A stretch of 64,000 nucleotides of DNA from Syntrophorhabdaceae bacterium (GTDB taxonomy: Bacteria; Desulfobacterota; Syntrophorhabdia; Syntrophorhabdales; Syntrophorhabdaceae), in contig CAXXUO010000006.1 of the NCBI GenBank assembly GCA_963666485.2, forward strand, positions 55,406 through 119,405. The letters are read 5' to 3'. The translations under genes were made by a program, and so were the position numbers. Of this stretch, positions 37,513 to 47,082 are shown one piece after another (within the stretch, counting starts at the first letter, position 1; every line of letters starts with the position of its first letter). The notes under the pieces were generated by a model. It searched no databases. It was given only the letters and a program-made list of their open reading frames with translations, and was not told the origin of the DNA.

Positions 37513-39798
37513 ATGGACGGGCTGAAATTCGTTGGAAAAAGGATACCCAAGAAGGACGCGCCGCTCAAGGCGACAGGCGAAGCGATCTATATCCAGGACC
37601 TGAAAGTCCCCGGTATGCTGTATGCCAAGATCCTCTACAGCAAATACCCGCATGCGAAGATCGTGAAGCTCGATACCTCGAAAGCGGCTGCCCTGCCGGG
37701 TGTGAAGGCGGTACTCACCGGCGCGGACATCCCGAACAATTTCAAGTTCGGTTTCCTGAAAGACAATCCTCCCCTGAAGTCCGGCAAGGTGCTGTCCACC
37801 CGTGATGAAATAGCGGCCGTGGCGGCGATAAGCCCCGAGATCGCCGAAGAGGCGATCGACCTGATAGAAGTTGAATACGAGGAATTGCCGGGCATCTTCG
37901 ACCCCATCGAGGCGATGAAGGAAGGTGCCGCGCTGCTCCATGAAGAAAACAAATCAAACGTCCTCAAGCTCCCCTGGAAGTTCGTCCACGGGGATGTCGA
38001 AGCGGCGAAGGCGGAATCGGCTTTCGTTGCAGAGGACTCATTTTCGACGCAGTGGGTCACCCACTGCTGCCTCGGCACGAGCGGATGCGTCGCGTCGTTC
38101 GACGTCGGGAACAATCTGACGATGTACAGCAACACGCAGATCCCGTCGCTTGCCCAGAATGATTTCCTCGAGGCCTTGAAGGCGCTCGGGCTCAAGAATA
38201 AAAGGGTGCGGATCATCCAGACCGTCATCGGCGGGGGTTTCGGAAGCAAGCTCGATACCTATGCGTACGAGTACATTGCGATCTTTCTTGCATTCAAGAC
38301 GAGAAAGCCCGTTAAGCTGGTCTTTTCGCGGGAAGAGGAGTTTCTCGCAACGTCACCGCGGCAGCCCACGATAACGAAGATATCGCAGGGGTGCGACAAG
38401 GACGGAAAGCTCACGTTCCGCGAAATGACAATGGTCCTTGACAACGGCGCGTACACATCGTGGGGCGCAACGACGCCGTCCGTCATGATGGTGCCGATAT
38501 CGTCCCTCTACAAGGTGCCGAACATCAAGTACACGGCAAAGTGCGTCTATACGAACAACACATACAGCCAGGCGTTCAGGGGATACGGGAACCCGCAGGC
38601 GACATTCGCGATCGAGTCATGTCTCGACCAGCTCGCGGAAAAGGCCGGGATCGACCCGCTGGAAATCCGGCGGATCAACGCGAACGAACCCGGTGAGGTG
38701 ACCCCGCAGAACTTCCGCATCACCTCGTGCGGGATGAAAGACTGCATAGAAGAGGTGAACAAACGGCTTGACTGGAAGGGTAAGCACGGCAAGGGAGACG
38801 GAAGAGGCGTCGGGATGGCGTCCCTCATACACGTCGGCGGTGCGGCACGTGTGTACAAATCCGATGGCTGCGGGACGATCATCAAGGTCGATGACAACGG
38901 CAAGGTCGATGTTATTACCGGGTCATCCGAGATAGGGCAGGGATCGGACACGATCATCGCCCAGATTGTCGCGGAGGTGCTCGGCATCCCTATGGACGAT
39001 ATCAACGTCATCAATAACGATACAGACGTCTGTCCCTGGGATGTCGGCGTTCACGCCAGCAGGACGACGTTCGTTGCAGGCAATTCCGCGCTCGGTGCGG
39101 CGCAGAAGATAAAGGCGCAGATCATGGAGATCGCCGCGAAGAGCCTCGGCGAGGCGGCTGATGCGGTCGATATGAAAGACGGCATCATTTTCTCCAAAAA
39201 TGACAAGGAGAAGAACATCCCGCTGAGCAAGGTCCTGCGCAAGGCGCATTACACCCTGGGCGGCAGGATGCTCGTGGCGGAGCATTTCTATGACCCGCCG
39301 AACGAGAATTTCGACCAGACGTTCCGGGGCAACCTGTCCGTCGCGTATGCGTACGGCGCACACGGCGTCGAGGTCGAGGTCGACAGGGAGACGGGACAGG
39401 TAAAGATACTGAACTATATAGCAGCCCACGATGTCGGCAAGGCGATCAACCCCATGCTCCTCGAAGGCCAGATTTATGGCGGCGGCCTGCAGGGCGTCGG
39501 CTATGCCCTCGGTGAGCGGATGATCTGGGACAAGGGCGTTCTGAAAAACGGCAATTTCCTTGATTACAAGATGCCGACAGTCAAAGACGTCCCGCCCGTA
39601 CAGGCAGTTATCGTCGAATCAGACGAGCAGGCGGGCCCCTTCGGGGCAAAAGGCATCGGGGAGCCGGGCCTCGTTCCCACGGCACCTGCACTTGCGAATG
39701 CCATCTATGACGCCGTCGGCGTGCGGATCAAAGACCTGCCCATCACGCCGGAAAAGGTCCTGAGGGCCCTCAAGGAGAAAGAGGGGCAGAAGGCTTAA
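37513..39798 (+). CDS. Xanthine dehydrogenase family Mo subunit (hydroxylase type)
   Basis: SNTQ, IGGGFGSK, AFRGYGNPQ, EIGQG, ASRTT, GAKGIGEP. Confidence 0.95.
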   Translation: MDGLKFVGKRIPKKDAPLKATGEAIYIQDLKVPGMLYAKILYSKYPHAKIVKLDTSKAAALPGVKAVLTGADIPNNFKFGFLKDNPPLKSGKVLSTRDEIAAVAAISPEIAEEAIDLIEVEYEELPGIFDPIEAMKEGAALLHEENKSNVLKLPWKFVHGDVEAAKAESAFVAEDSFSTQWVTHCCLGTSGCVASFDVGNNLTMYSNTQIPSLAQNDFLEALKALGLKNKRVRIIQTVIGGGFGSKLDTYAYEYIAIFLAFKTRKPVKLVFSREEEFLATSPRQPTITKISQGCDKDGKLTFREMTMVLDNGAYTSWGATTPSVMMVPISSLYKVPNIKYTAKCVYTNNTYSQAFRGYGNPQATFAIESCLDQLAEKAGIDPLEIRRINANEPGEVTPQNFRITSCGMKDCIEEVNKRLDWKGKHGKGDGRGVGMASLIHVGGAARVYKSDGCGTIIKVDDNGKVDVITGSSEIGQGSDTIIAQIVAEVLGIPMDDINVINNDTDVCPWDVGVHASRTTFVAGNSALGAAQKIKAQIMEIAAKSLGEAADAVDMKDGIIFSKNDKEKNIPLSKVLRKAHYTLGGRMLVAEHFYDPPNENFDQTFRGNLSVAYAYGAHGVEVEVDRETGQVKILNYIAAHDVGKAINPMLLEGQIYGGGLQGVGYALGERMIWDKGVLKNGNFLDYKMPTVKDVPPVQAVIVESDEQAGPFGAKGIGEPGLVPTAPALANAIYDAVGVRIKDLPITPEKVLRALKEKEGQKA

Positions 39799-39811
39799 AA
39801 AAGGGGGGAAT

Positions 39812-40231
39812 ATGAAGATCGAAAGGATCGATCACATATGCTTTGCGGTCAGTGACCTCGAGGAGACGAAGCGCGTGTACCGTGAGGATTTCGGTCTCGT
39901 TCCTGCGTGTGAATATACCGCCGAGTCGGAGATGATAAAGGTGTCGCGCTATTACATAGGCGAGGTTGCGGTGGAGTTCATGGAATCGACCTCCCCCGAT
40001 GGAGAGGTTGCCAAGTTTATTGAAAAACGCGGTGAAGGTGTTTTCCTCATTTCGTACAAGGTCGACGACCTGCCGAAGGCGATGAGGGAGCTTGAAGAAA
40101 AGAATGTTGAACTCATCGATAAGAAGCCGCGGGAACTGTTCGGGACGCGGTATGCATTCGTGCATCATCCCAACAAGCTTCATGGGGTGTTGACGGAATT
40201 GCTGGATGGGGAGTTTGACATCAATAAATAG
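39812..40231 (+). CDS. VOC-family methylmalonyl-CoA epimerase-like protein
   Basis: IDHICFAVSDL, VAKFIEKRGEG, FVHHP..HGVLTEL. Confidence 0.85.
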   Translation: MKIERIDHICFAVSDLEETKRVYREDFGLVPACEYTAESEMIKVSRYYIGEVAVEFMESTSPDGEVAKFIEKRGEGVFLISYKVDDLPKAMRELEEKNVELIDKKPRELFGTRYAFVHHPNKLHGVLTELLDGEFDINK

Positions 40232-40526
40232 GAGCCAATAAAAGACGTGAATGAACTACCACGTCATTAGGAGTCAATAAGACGGGAATGAACTACCACG
40301 TCATTCCGGCGAAGGCCGGAATCCAGGTTTTTGCTTTTGTTGGAGATGATCAGGACAATGTATAATGTAAGAAAAGTCTATTGTATGTTAGTAATATTAA
40401 TAAACAAAGGCAACGACAAAGACGCTGGATCCCGGCCTTCGCCGGGATGACGGATGGTGGTGGATCTCGGCTCGGTGGCCGGGACGAGGGATTGTGGTAG
40501 GTCCCGGGTCAAGGCCGGGATGACGG
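40229..40526. repeat. ~38-bp imperfect tandem duplication, REP dimer (40299-40452) and two further reverse REP halves
   Basis: taggag(c/t)caataa..gaatgaactaccacgtcatt x2; CGTCATTCCGGCGAAGGCCGGAATCCAG..CTGGATCCCGGCCTTCGCCGGGATGACG. Confidence 0.85.
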
Positions 40527-40610
40527 ATAGAGGTAAAGTGGTGTTTGGTAGTGATGTATTCTCAAGATCGTGAAGTTAATAGCTGTAATCACGCTATTTA
40601 AGGAGGACGA

Positions 40611-41753
40611 ATGAAGGTATTAGTTGTGGGCGGTACGGGCGGAATGGGGCAGGGGGTTGCACGTGACCTCATCAAACAGGAAAGGATCGAGACGGTAACT
40701 CTCGGCGATATCAATATTGATCCGGAAAGGGTCCAGGAGAAGCTGAAGGCGAGCCCGAAGGTGTCGCTTATCAAGATAGATGTCAATGATCATGCCGGAA
40801 TGGTCGCGGCGATCAAGGCGGCGGATGTTGTTGTCAACTGCGCGGGGCCTTTCTATAAGACGGCTGTCGCGGTCGCGCGGGCCGCTGTCGAGGCGAAGGT
40901 CAACTATATCGATATCTGCGACGATTACGAGGCCGCCCAGATCCTGTTCGCATCCGATATCGGCGACGCGGCAAAGGCGGCCGGGATAACGGTCCTGACC
41001 GGAATGGGCTCGGACCCCGGGACGAACAATGTCCTCGTCAAGTGGTACGCGGACAGGCTCGACAGGGTCGACGAGATCTACCTCTACTGGGTCGTCTCGA
41101 TCGCGGAGCTTGCCGGGGCGGCGTGGGACCACAGCCTCCACATGGTGCTCGGCAGGATACCGCAGTATATCGACGGTGAGCTCGTTCAGGTGGACGGCGG
41201 CGGCGGCGAGGAGATAGAGCATTTTCTCGAACCGCTCGGCGAATGTCTCATCAGCTACGTCGGGCATCCCCAGCCGATAACAATACCGAAATACATACAG
41301 GGCGTAAAGACCGTCGTTATAAAAGGTGCACTCATTCCCCTGTGGGTAGATAAGCTTATTAAAGAGCAGAAGGAAATGGGCCTTCTGAATAACCAGCTTG
41401 TCGACGTCAGGGGCAACAAGATCGTACCCTACGACCTTGCCCTGAAGCTCTGGGATACGATCCCTGAAAACAGGGACAACGGCCCCCAGGCGTCCGGCCT
41501 CAAGGTCATCGTCAAAGGCGAACGGCAGGGAAAACAGGTGACGTACACAGCGGACATCGTGGGCAGGATGGCCCCGGGGACGGGACTGCCGGCCTCGATA
41601 GCGGCGCTCATGATGGATGCGGGCGAAGTGACCGTGAAAGGTGTTGTCGCACCGGAAGGCTGTATTGATCCCGACAAGTTCCTGGCAGAATTGCTCAAGC
41701 GCGGCGCGAGGATACACCAGACCGAGTCGATAAAGTCGATGTTCAGTTTGTAA
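40611..41753 (+). CDS. Saccharopine dehydrogenase/lysine 6-dehydrogenase-like NAD(P) oxidoreductase
   Basis: VVGGTGGMG, VVNCAGPFY, YIDICDD, GMGSDPG, GVVAPEG. Confidence 0.85.
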   Translation: MKVLVVGGTGGMGQGVARDLIKQERIETVTLGDINIDPERVQEKLKASPKVSLIKIDVNDHAGMVAAIKAADVVVNCAGPFYKTAVAVARAAVEAKVNYIDICDDYEAAQILFASDIGDAAKAAGITVLTGMGSDPGTNNVLVKWYADRLDRVDEIYLYWVVSIAELAGAAWDHSLHMVLGRIPQYIDGELVQVDGGGGEEIEHFLEPLGECLISYVGHPQPITIPKYIQGVKTVVIKGALIPLWVDKLIKEQKEMGLLNNQLVDVRGNKIVPYDLALKLWDTIPENRDNGPQASGLKVIVKGERQGKQVTYTADIVGRMAPGTGLPASIAALMMDAGEVTVKGVVAPEGCIDPDKFLAELLKRGARIHQTESIKSMFSL

Positions 41754-41781
41754 TGAAAGGTTTTCCTTGAAGGAGGGCGAT

Positions 41782-43041
41782 ATGAAAGAGGTCCCGAAAC
41801 TTAACATCACAAAGAGCCTTGCGCTTTTTGAAGAGGCGCTGACACTGGTCCCCGGCGGCGTCCTCGGGGCGCGCAAGCCCGGAGATTTCATCATGGGGGA
41901 ATACCCGATCTTCCTCGAATACGGCAAAGGGGCCCATCTCATCGACGTGGACGGGAACGAGTTCATCGATTACCTGTGCGGCTACGGGCCCGTCATCCTC
42001 GGGTACAGGGAGGACGAGGTCGACGACGCCGTCTTCCGGCAGATAAAGGACAAAGGGTTTTGTTTCACGCTGACCCAGCCGTACCAGAACGACCTGGCGA
42101 AAAAGATCCACGAGCTCATACCCTCAGGCGAGCTCAGCATCTTCCTCAAGACGGGCTCGGATGCGACGACCGCGGCGGTCCGCATCGCCCGTGCATACAC
42201 CGGCAGGACCAAGGTCATGCGCAGCGGGTACCACGGCTGGCACGACTGGTGCATTGAGATGAAAGGCGGCATCCCCGAAAAACTTTATGAGGATGTCTTC
42301 GAATTTCATTACAACGATCTCGATATGCTCGAAGACCTGATGAAGAAGCACGGCGACGAGACTGCGGCGATCATCATGACGCCTTTCGGCCATCCGCTCC
42401 ACCAGAAGATGCAGGAACCAAAGCCCGGTTTCCTCGAAGGCGTGCGGAAATTGGCCGACAAATATGGTTCGGTCCTGATCTTTGACGAGGTCCGCACCTG
42501 TTTCCGCCTGAGGATGGGCGGCGCCCAGGAATTATACGGGGTCAACCCCGACCTGACTGTCATTGGAAAGGGCATGGCCAACGGCTGGGCGATCAGCGTC
42601 GTGACCGGCAAGGCTGATGTCATGATGGCGGCATCATCGAAAATCTTCATATCGTCGACGTTCTTTCCCAACAGCGAAGGGTACATCGCGGCATTGAAAA
42701 CGATCGAGGTCATGGAGCGCGAGAAGGTGATCGATAATATCTGGGATAAGGGCAACCGGCTCATGGCGAAGATCCAGGGCATTATCGACAAATATCCTGA
42801 CACCGGCGCGGAACTGAGCGGTGTTGCGCCGATGTTCATGATAACATTTACCAAGGCCGACCCGAAAAAGATACGCGACCTCAGGACCGAATTTTACACC
42901 CAGCTGATACGCAGGGGATTTTTCTTTACGCCCCATCATCATGCATATATCTGCTTCAGGCACACGGAAGAGGACCTTAACCTGACGGCGGCGGCGATCG
43001 ACGAATCGATGGCCTACATCAGCGAGAAATTCAAGGGGTAG
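41782..43041 (+). CDS. Class III PLP aminotransferase (GSA-aminomutase-like subfamily)
   Basis: DVDGNEFIDY, KTGSDAT, GYHGWHD, IFDEVRT, GKGMANG. Confidence 0.9.
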   Translation: MKEVPKLNITKSLALFEEALTLVPGGVLGARKPGDFIMGEYPIFLEYGKGAHLIDVDGNEFIDYLCGYGPVILGYREDEVDDAVFRQIKDKGFCFTLTQPYQNDLAKKIHELIPSGELSIFLKTGSDATTAAVRIARAYTGRTKVMRSGYHGWHDWCIEMKGGIPEKLYEDVFEFHYNDLDMLEDLMKKHGDETAAIIMTPFGHPLHQKMQEPKPGFLEGVRKLADKYGSVLIFDEVRTCFRLRMGGAQELYGVNPDLTVIGKGMANGWAISVVTGKADVMMAASSKIFISSTFFPNSEGYIAALKTIEVMEREKVIDNIWDKGNRLMAKIQGIIDKYPDTGAELSGVAPMFMITFTKADPKKIRDLRTEFYTQLIRRGFFFTPHHHAYICFRHTEEDLNLTAAAIDESMAYISEKFKG

Positions 43042-43049
43042 GGGGTATT

Positions 43050-45326
43050 ATGAAGAATGAATTTAACATAGTAGGACAGAGGGCGGTGCGCAGCGATTCC
43101 CTCGCCAAGGTCACCGGGGAGGCGCGCTACACCGCGGACCTCAAGTTCCCGAACATGCTTGTGGCCAAGGTTTTGAGGAGCCCGCACCCGCATGCACAGA
43201 TCTTGAAGATCGATTATTCGAAGGCCCTCAAGGTTCCCGGTGTGAAGGCCGCGGTGAGCGGTTTCGATTCGTACGGGATAAAATGGGGAGTCTTCCGCTA
43301 CACGCAGGACCATGCGATGCTCCACACGGACAAGGTCCGCTACATTGGGGAGGATGTCGCCGCCGTTGCGGCGGTTGACGAAGAGACGGCGCTTGAGGCC
43401 CTGTCCCTTATCAAGGTGGACTACAAGCCCCTGCCGGCCGTGTACGATCCCTTCGAGTCAATGCAGGAGGGTGCCCCGCAGATCCATAACGAATACAAGA
43501 ACAACATCAACATCCATATCCATATCGATGTCGGTGAGGTGGACAAGGCCATGGAAAAGGCTTTCCTCGTTCGCGAGGACACCTTCAAGGCGGCAGGCGA
43601 GGCGTACGCGATGATGGAACCGTACGCGGTCGTCGCTATCTTCAAGAACGGCTTCCTCGACCTGTACATGCCGAACGCGGGACCCCACGTCAGGGCAAAG
43701 GCCCTATCGAACATGCTCAAACTCCCGCTCAACAGGGTCCGCATCCGCCACATCAATTCGGGCGGCGCCTTCGGCGGGCGCTCCGAGGTTGCACCGGGTG
43801 ACCTTGTCGCATCACTTCTTGCGATCAAGTCTGGACAGCCGGTGAAGCTTGTCCTGTCCCGTGAAGAGAACGCGACCGCGTCCCGGCAGGTGCACGACAT
43901 AATCGCCACGATCAAGACCGGCATGAAGAAAGACGGCACGATCGTCGCGAAGGATTACAAGGTCGTCTACGACGGCGGGGCATACAGCTCAACCGGACCG
44001 ATCGCGACATCGATCCCGTTTTACGTCTACGAAGAATGTTACCGTTTCCCGAACGTCCGTTATAACGGGTACAGGGTGTTTACGAACAAGGGTATCCGTG
44101 GGATGTACGGGTGTCACGGGCGAGCCTTCCTCGCGGGAAATGAGTCGCAGATGGACGTCATGGCCAAAGAGTTGGGGCTCGATCCTGTTGATGTCAGGCT
44201 GAAGAATGGCTTGAAACCCGGCGAGGTGACTGCGACAAAATCGAAGATAACAAGCTGCGGCCTGAAAGAAACGATCCTCGAGGCGTCCGAAAAAACCAAT
44301 TTCAAGAAGAGATGGGCGAAGCCTCCGAAACGCAAGGGCATCGGCATGGGGTGCGTGGCGATCATGTGCGGGTTCCCGATGGGTTTCCGCTCTGGGTCTT
44401 CGGCCTATGTCAAGATAAACGACGACGGGCAGGTGACCCTCGTGACCGGTCTCGTGGACAACGGTCAGGGCAATGAATCGATGGTCATCCAGGTCGCAGC
44501 CGAGGTCCTCGGCGTGCCGATGGAGGACATAAACCTTGTTTGCGCGGACACGGAGGTCACGAACCTCGATCCCGGCGCGTATTCGCAGGCAGCTGCCTTT
44601 GTCGGCGCGAACGCGGTGCGGGTCGCATGCGAAAATGCCCGCAAGAGGATCGTCGCGATTGCTGCGGAGAAGCTTGGAATAAAGGAAAACGACGTCGGCC
44701 TCAAAGACCGTGCGGCGTATTCGATCAAGCATCCCGACAAGAAGATGCCGATATCGTGGGTGGTACGCGAGGCGTTTTTCCGGGGTGAGCCGATCGTGGC
44801 GACAGGGTCGTTCTTCCCGAACATCGACTTTGAGAGGGAGTGGGTCACGCGGCCGTGGGGCCAGATGGCCGGCACGTTCTCGTTCGGAACGTCGGTCGCC
44901 GAGATCGAGATTGACCAGGAGACCGGAAAGATCACCATGCCGAAGTTCACGTCAGCCCATGACTGCGGGCGCGCTATCAACCCGATGGCGGTCGAGGGCC
45001 AGATGGAAGGTTCGATTCAGCAGGCGGGTGTAGCGGCGCTTATCGAGGGGAACCTCTGGGACAAGGGGCACCTGCTCAACCCCAACCTCCTCGAATACAA
45101 GGTGCCGCTGGCATGCGACATGCCGGAGATGGACACGATCATCGTCAGTTCGCTTGACCCTGCCGGGCCGTTCGGGGCAAAAGAGGGCGGCCTCACGGTC
45201 CGCATGAACGCATACAGTGCGGTTGCCTGCGCATTGACCAACGCCACGGGTGAGTTGTTCAGCGAACTGCCGCTTACCCCGGATAAAGTATTGACCATCC
45301 TGGAACGCAAGAAGGGGGTGAAATAA
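43050..45326 (+). CDS. Xanthine dehydrogenase family Mo subunit, atypical (HcrA-like context)
   Basis: KVTGEARY, RSPHPHA, GGAFGGR, DNGQG, AHDCGRAINP..EGQMEG; catalytic motifs divergent. Confidence 0.88.
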   Translation: MKNEFNIVGQRAVRSDSLAKVTGEARYTADLKFPNMLVAKVLRSPHPHAQILKIDYSKALKVPGVKAAVSGFDSYGIKWGVFRYTQDHAMLHTDKVRYIGEDVAAVAAVDEETALEALSLIKVDYKPLPAVYDPFESMQEGAPQIHNEYKNNINIHIHIDVGEVDKAMEKAFLVREDTFKAAGEAYAMMEPYAVVAIFKNGFLDLYMPNAGPHVRAKALSNMLKLPLNRVRIRHINSGGAFGGRSEVAPGDLVASLLAIKSGQPVKLVLSREENATASRQVHDIIATIKTGMKKDGTIVAKDYKVVYDGGAYSSTGPIATSIPFYVYEECYRFPNVRYNGYRVFTNKGIRGMYGCHGRAFLAGNESQMDVMAKELGLDPVDVRLKNGLKPGEVTATKSKITSCGLKETILEASEKTNFKKRWAKPPKRKGIGMGCVAIMCGFPMGFRSGSSAYVKINDDGQVTLVTGLVDNGQGNESMVIQVAAEVLGVPMEDINLVCADTEVTNLDPGAYSQAAAFVGANAVRVACENARKRIVAIAAEKLGIKENDVGLKDRAAYSIKHPDKKMPISWVVREAFFRGEPIVATGSFFPNIDFEREWVTRPWGQMAGTFSFGTSVAEIEIDQETGKITMPKFTSAHDCGRAINPMAVEGQMEGSIQQAGVAALIEGNLWDKGHLLNPNLLEYKVPLACDMPEMDTIIVSSLDPAGPFGAKEGGLTVRMNAYSAVACALTNATGELFSELPLTPDKVLTILERKKGVK

Positions 45327-46270
45327 TGGTCCTGTCCCAGTTCGAGTACAAAAAAGCGAAGAACGTTGCCGATGCGATAGCCCTTTATACGGCACAGAAA
45401 GGCAAGGCGGTATACCTCGCGGGCGGCACCGACCTTGTACCCCTCATGAAGCAGAAATTATCAAAACCGAAAGCGGTCATCGACCTGAAAGGTATCGGGG
45501 AATTGAGAAAGGTCGCGAGCAAGGGCGGATGGGTCGAGATCGGCGCAAATGTCACGCTGTTCGAGCTCAAGAGCAACCCTGTCATTCAGGACAATTTCCC
45601 GGCACTGTACGAGTCCCTCGAAGCGACGGCCTGCGAGACCCTGCAGATGCGCGGGACGATAGGCGGCAATATCCTGCAGGACACCCGCTGCCTCGAGCAC
45701 AACCAGTCGCTCGAATGGAGGACGGCGCGGGGTTTTTGCCTGCGGTCGGGCGGGAAGGCATGCAACGTCGTCAAAGGATCAAAAATATGCTTTGCCAACT
45801 ATTGCAGCGATAATGCGCCGGCCCTTGTGACGCTCGATGCCGAGGTTAAGCTCTCGGGCCCCGAGGGGCAGCGGGCGCTAAAGCTCGCCACCCTTTTCAC
45901 CGGGGATGCCTTCAAGCCCTTCGCGATCAAGGCGGGCGAGATATTGACGCATGTGCGCATCCCCCTGAAAAAGACAAAGGGGGTATACGAGAAACTGCGG
46001 GTGCGGGAGTCCATGGATTACCCGCTCGTCGGCGTCGCGGCATCCGCTGCCGGCCAGGGAGCGAAGGTCTGTGTCACCGGCGTTGGGCTGAAACCCCTCA
46101 TGTATGAAATAAAGAATACGACCGATGCCGGGATCAAGGAGGTCGCCGACAAGGCCGCGGCCGATGCAAAGCCGGTCGCAAACGCGGTCGTTTCGCCGCT
46201 ATACAGGAAAAAGATGGTCGGTGTCCTCATTAAAAGGGCTGTCAAGAGGGCCATCGGGGAGGGGAAATAA
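45326..46270 (+). CDS. FAD subunit with 4-Cys [4Fe-4S] insertion (HcrB-like)
   Basis: LAGGTDL, GTIGGNILQDTRC..NQS..WR..FC..CNVV..C..SD. Confidence 0.88.
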   Translation: MVLSQFEYKKAKNVADAIALYTAQKGKAVYLAGGTDLVPLMKQKLSKPKAVIDLKGIGELRKVASKGGWVEIGANVTLFELKSNPVIQDNFPALYESLEATACETLQMRGTIGGNILQDTRCLEHNQSLEWRTARGFCLRSGGKACNVVKGSKICFANYCSDNAPALVTLDAEVKLSGPEGQRALKLATLFTGDAFKPFAIKAGEILTHVRIPLKKTKGVYEKLRVRESMDYPLVGVAASAAGQGAKVCVTGVGLKPLMYEIKNTTDAGIKEVADKAAADAKPVANAVVSPLYRKKMVGVLIKRAVKRAIGEGK

Positions 46271-46743
46271 TGAAGACGACACGGGTTAATTTCGAGATAA
46301 ACAACGAAAAGGTGAGCCTTGACGTCCGTCCCTATGAAACCCTCCTGGAAACCCTCCGGGAGCGCCTTGTTCTGACCGGCGCCAAAGAGGCCTGCGGAAT
46401 GGGTTCCTGCGGCGCATGCACGGTCATCATGAACGGGATACCGGTAAGGTCATGCCTCGTCCTCGCCCCCGAGGCGGACGGTGCGGTGATAACGACCGTG
46501 GAAGGCCTGCGGCAAAACGGCAAACTGCACCCCCTGCAGCAGGCGTTCATGGAAAAGGGCGCCGTGCAGTGCGGTTTCTGTACCTCCGGCATGATCATGA
46601 CCGCAAAAGCACTTCTCGACCGCAACAAGAAGCCGACGAAAAAGGAGATAATAAAAACAATATCCTCGAATATCTGCCGTTGCACGGGATATAAGAAGAT
46701 GATAGAGGCGATAGAGGACGCAGCGAAGAAAACGAACGGCTAA
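46270..46743 (+). CDS. 2x[2Fe-2S] subunit (HcrC-like)
   Basis: ACGMGSCGACT, QCGFCTSG, NICRCTGY. Confidence 0.93.
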   Translation: MKTTRVNFEINNEKVSLDVRPYETLLETLRERLVLTGAKEACGMGSCGACTVIMNGIPVRSCLVLAPEADGAVITTVEGLRQNGKLHPLQQAFMEKGAVQCGFCTSGMIMTAKALLDRNKKPTKKEIIKTISSNICRCTGYKKMIEAIEDAAKKTNG

Positions 46744-46951
46744 CGGCGTACGGCTAACGGCTAACGGCCGTAAGGCGTAAGGCTCCTCCTCCTTGCCGTC
46801 ATTCCGGCGAAAGCCGGAATCCAGTGTCTTTTTAATTTTTAAAAAAACAAAGACGCTGGATTCCGCCGCAAAAGCCGGCGGAACGACGGTTGGTGAGCAT
46901 TTTAGCCGCTTGGCTCCGTCCGTCATTCCCGCGAAGCGGGAACCCAGTGTC
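46736..46951. repeat. ACGGCTA-type heptamer array, REP dimer (46797-46888) and single REP (46921-46951)
   Basis: acggctaacggcgtacggctaacggctaacgg; CGTCATTCCGGCGAAAGCCGGAATCCAG; CGTCATTCCCGCGAAGCGGGAACCCAG. Confidence 0.88.
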
Positions 46952-47082
46952 TTTATTCTTTCGCTTCTTGCGGTTGTTCGTTTTGCGTTTTACGTCAATT
47001 AAATCGGCAGGTTAAAATCTCTTCCCATTTCCTGTAAATGTGTTATAATTACGATGATGTTGCAGTTCTGGAGGTGCCGGAG

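Noticed and set aside
41782..43041. hemL
   Set aside because: No tetrapyrrole genes nearby and a catabolic context; only family similarity is supported.
43050..46743. Calling this hcrABC or coxLMS
   Set aside because: Active-site motifs match neither exactly, so only family-level calls were kept.
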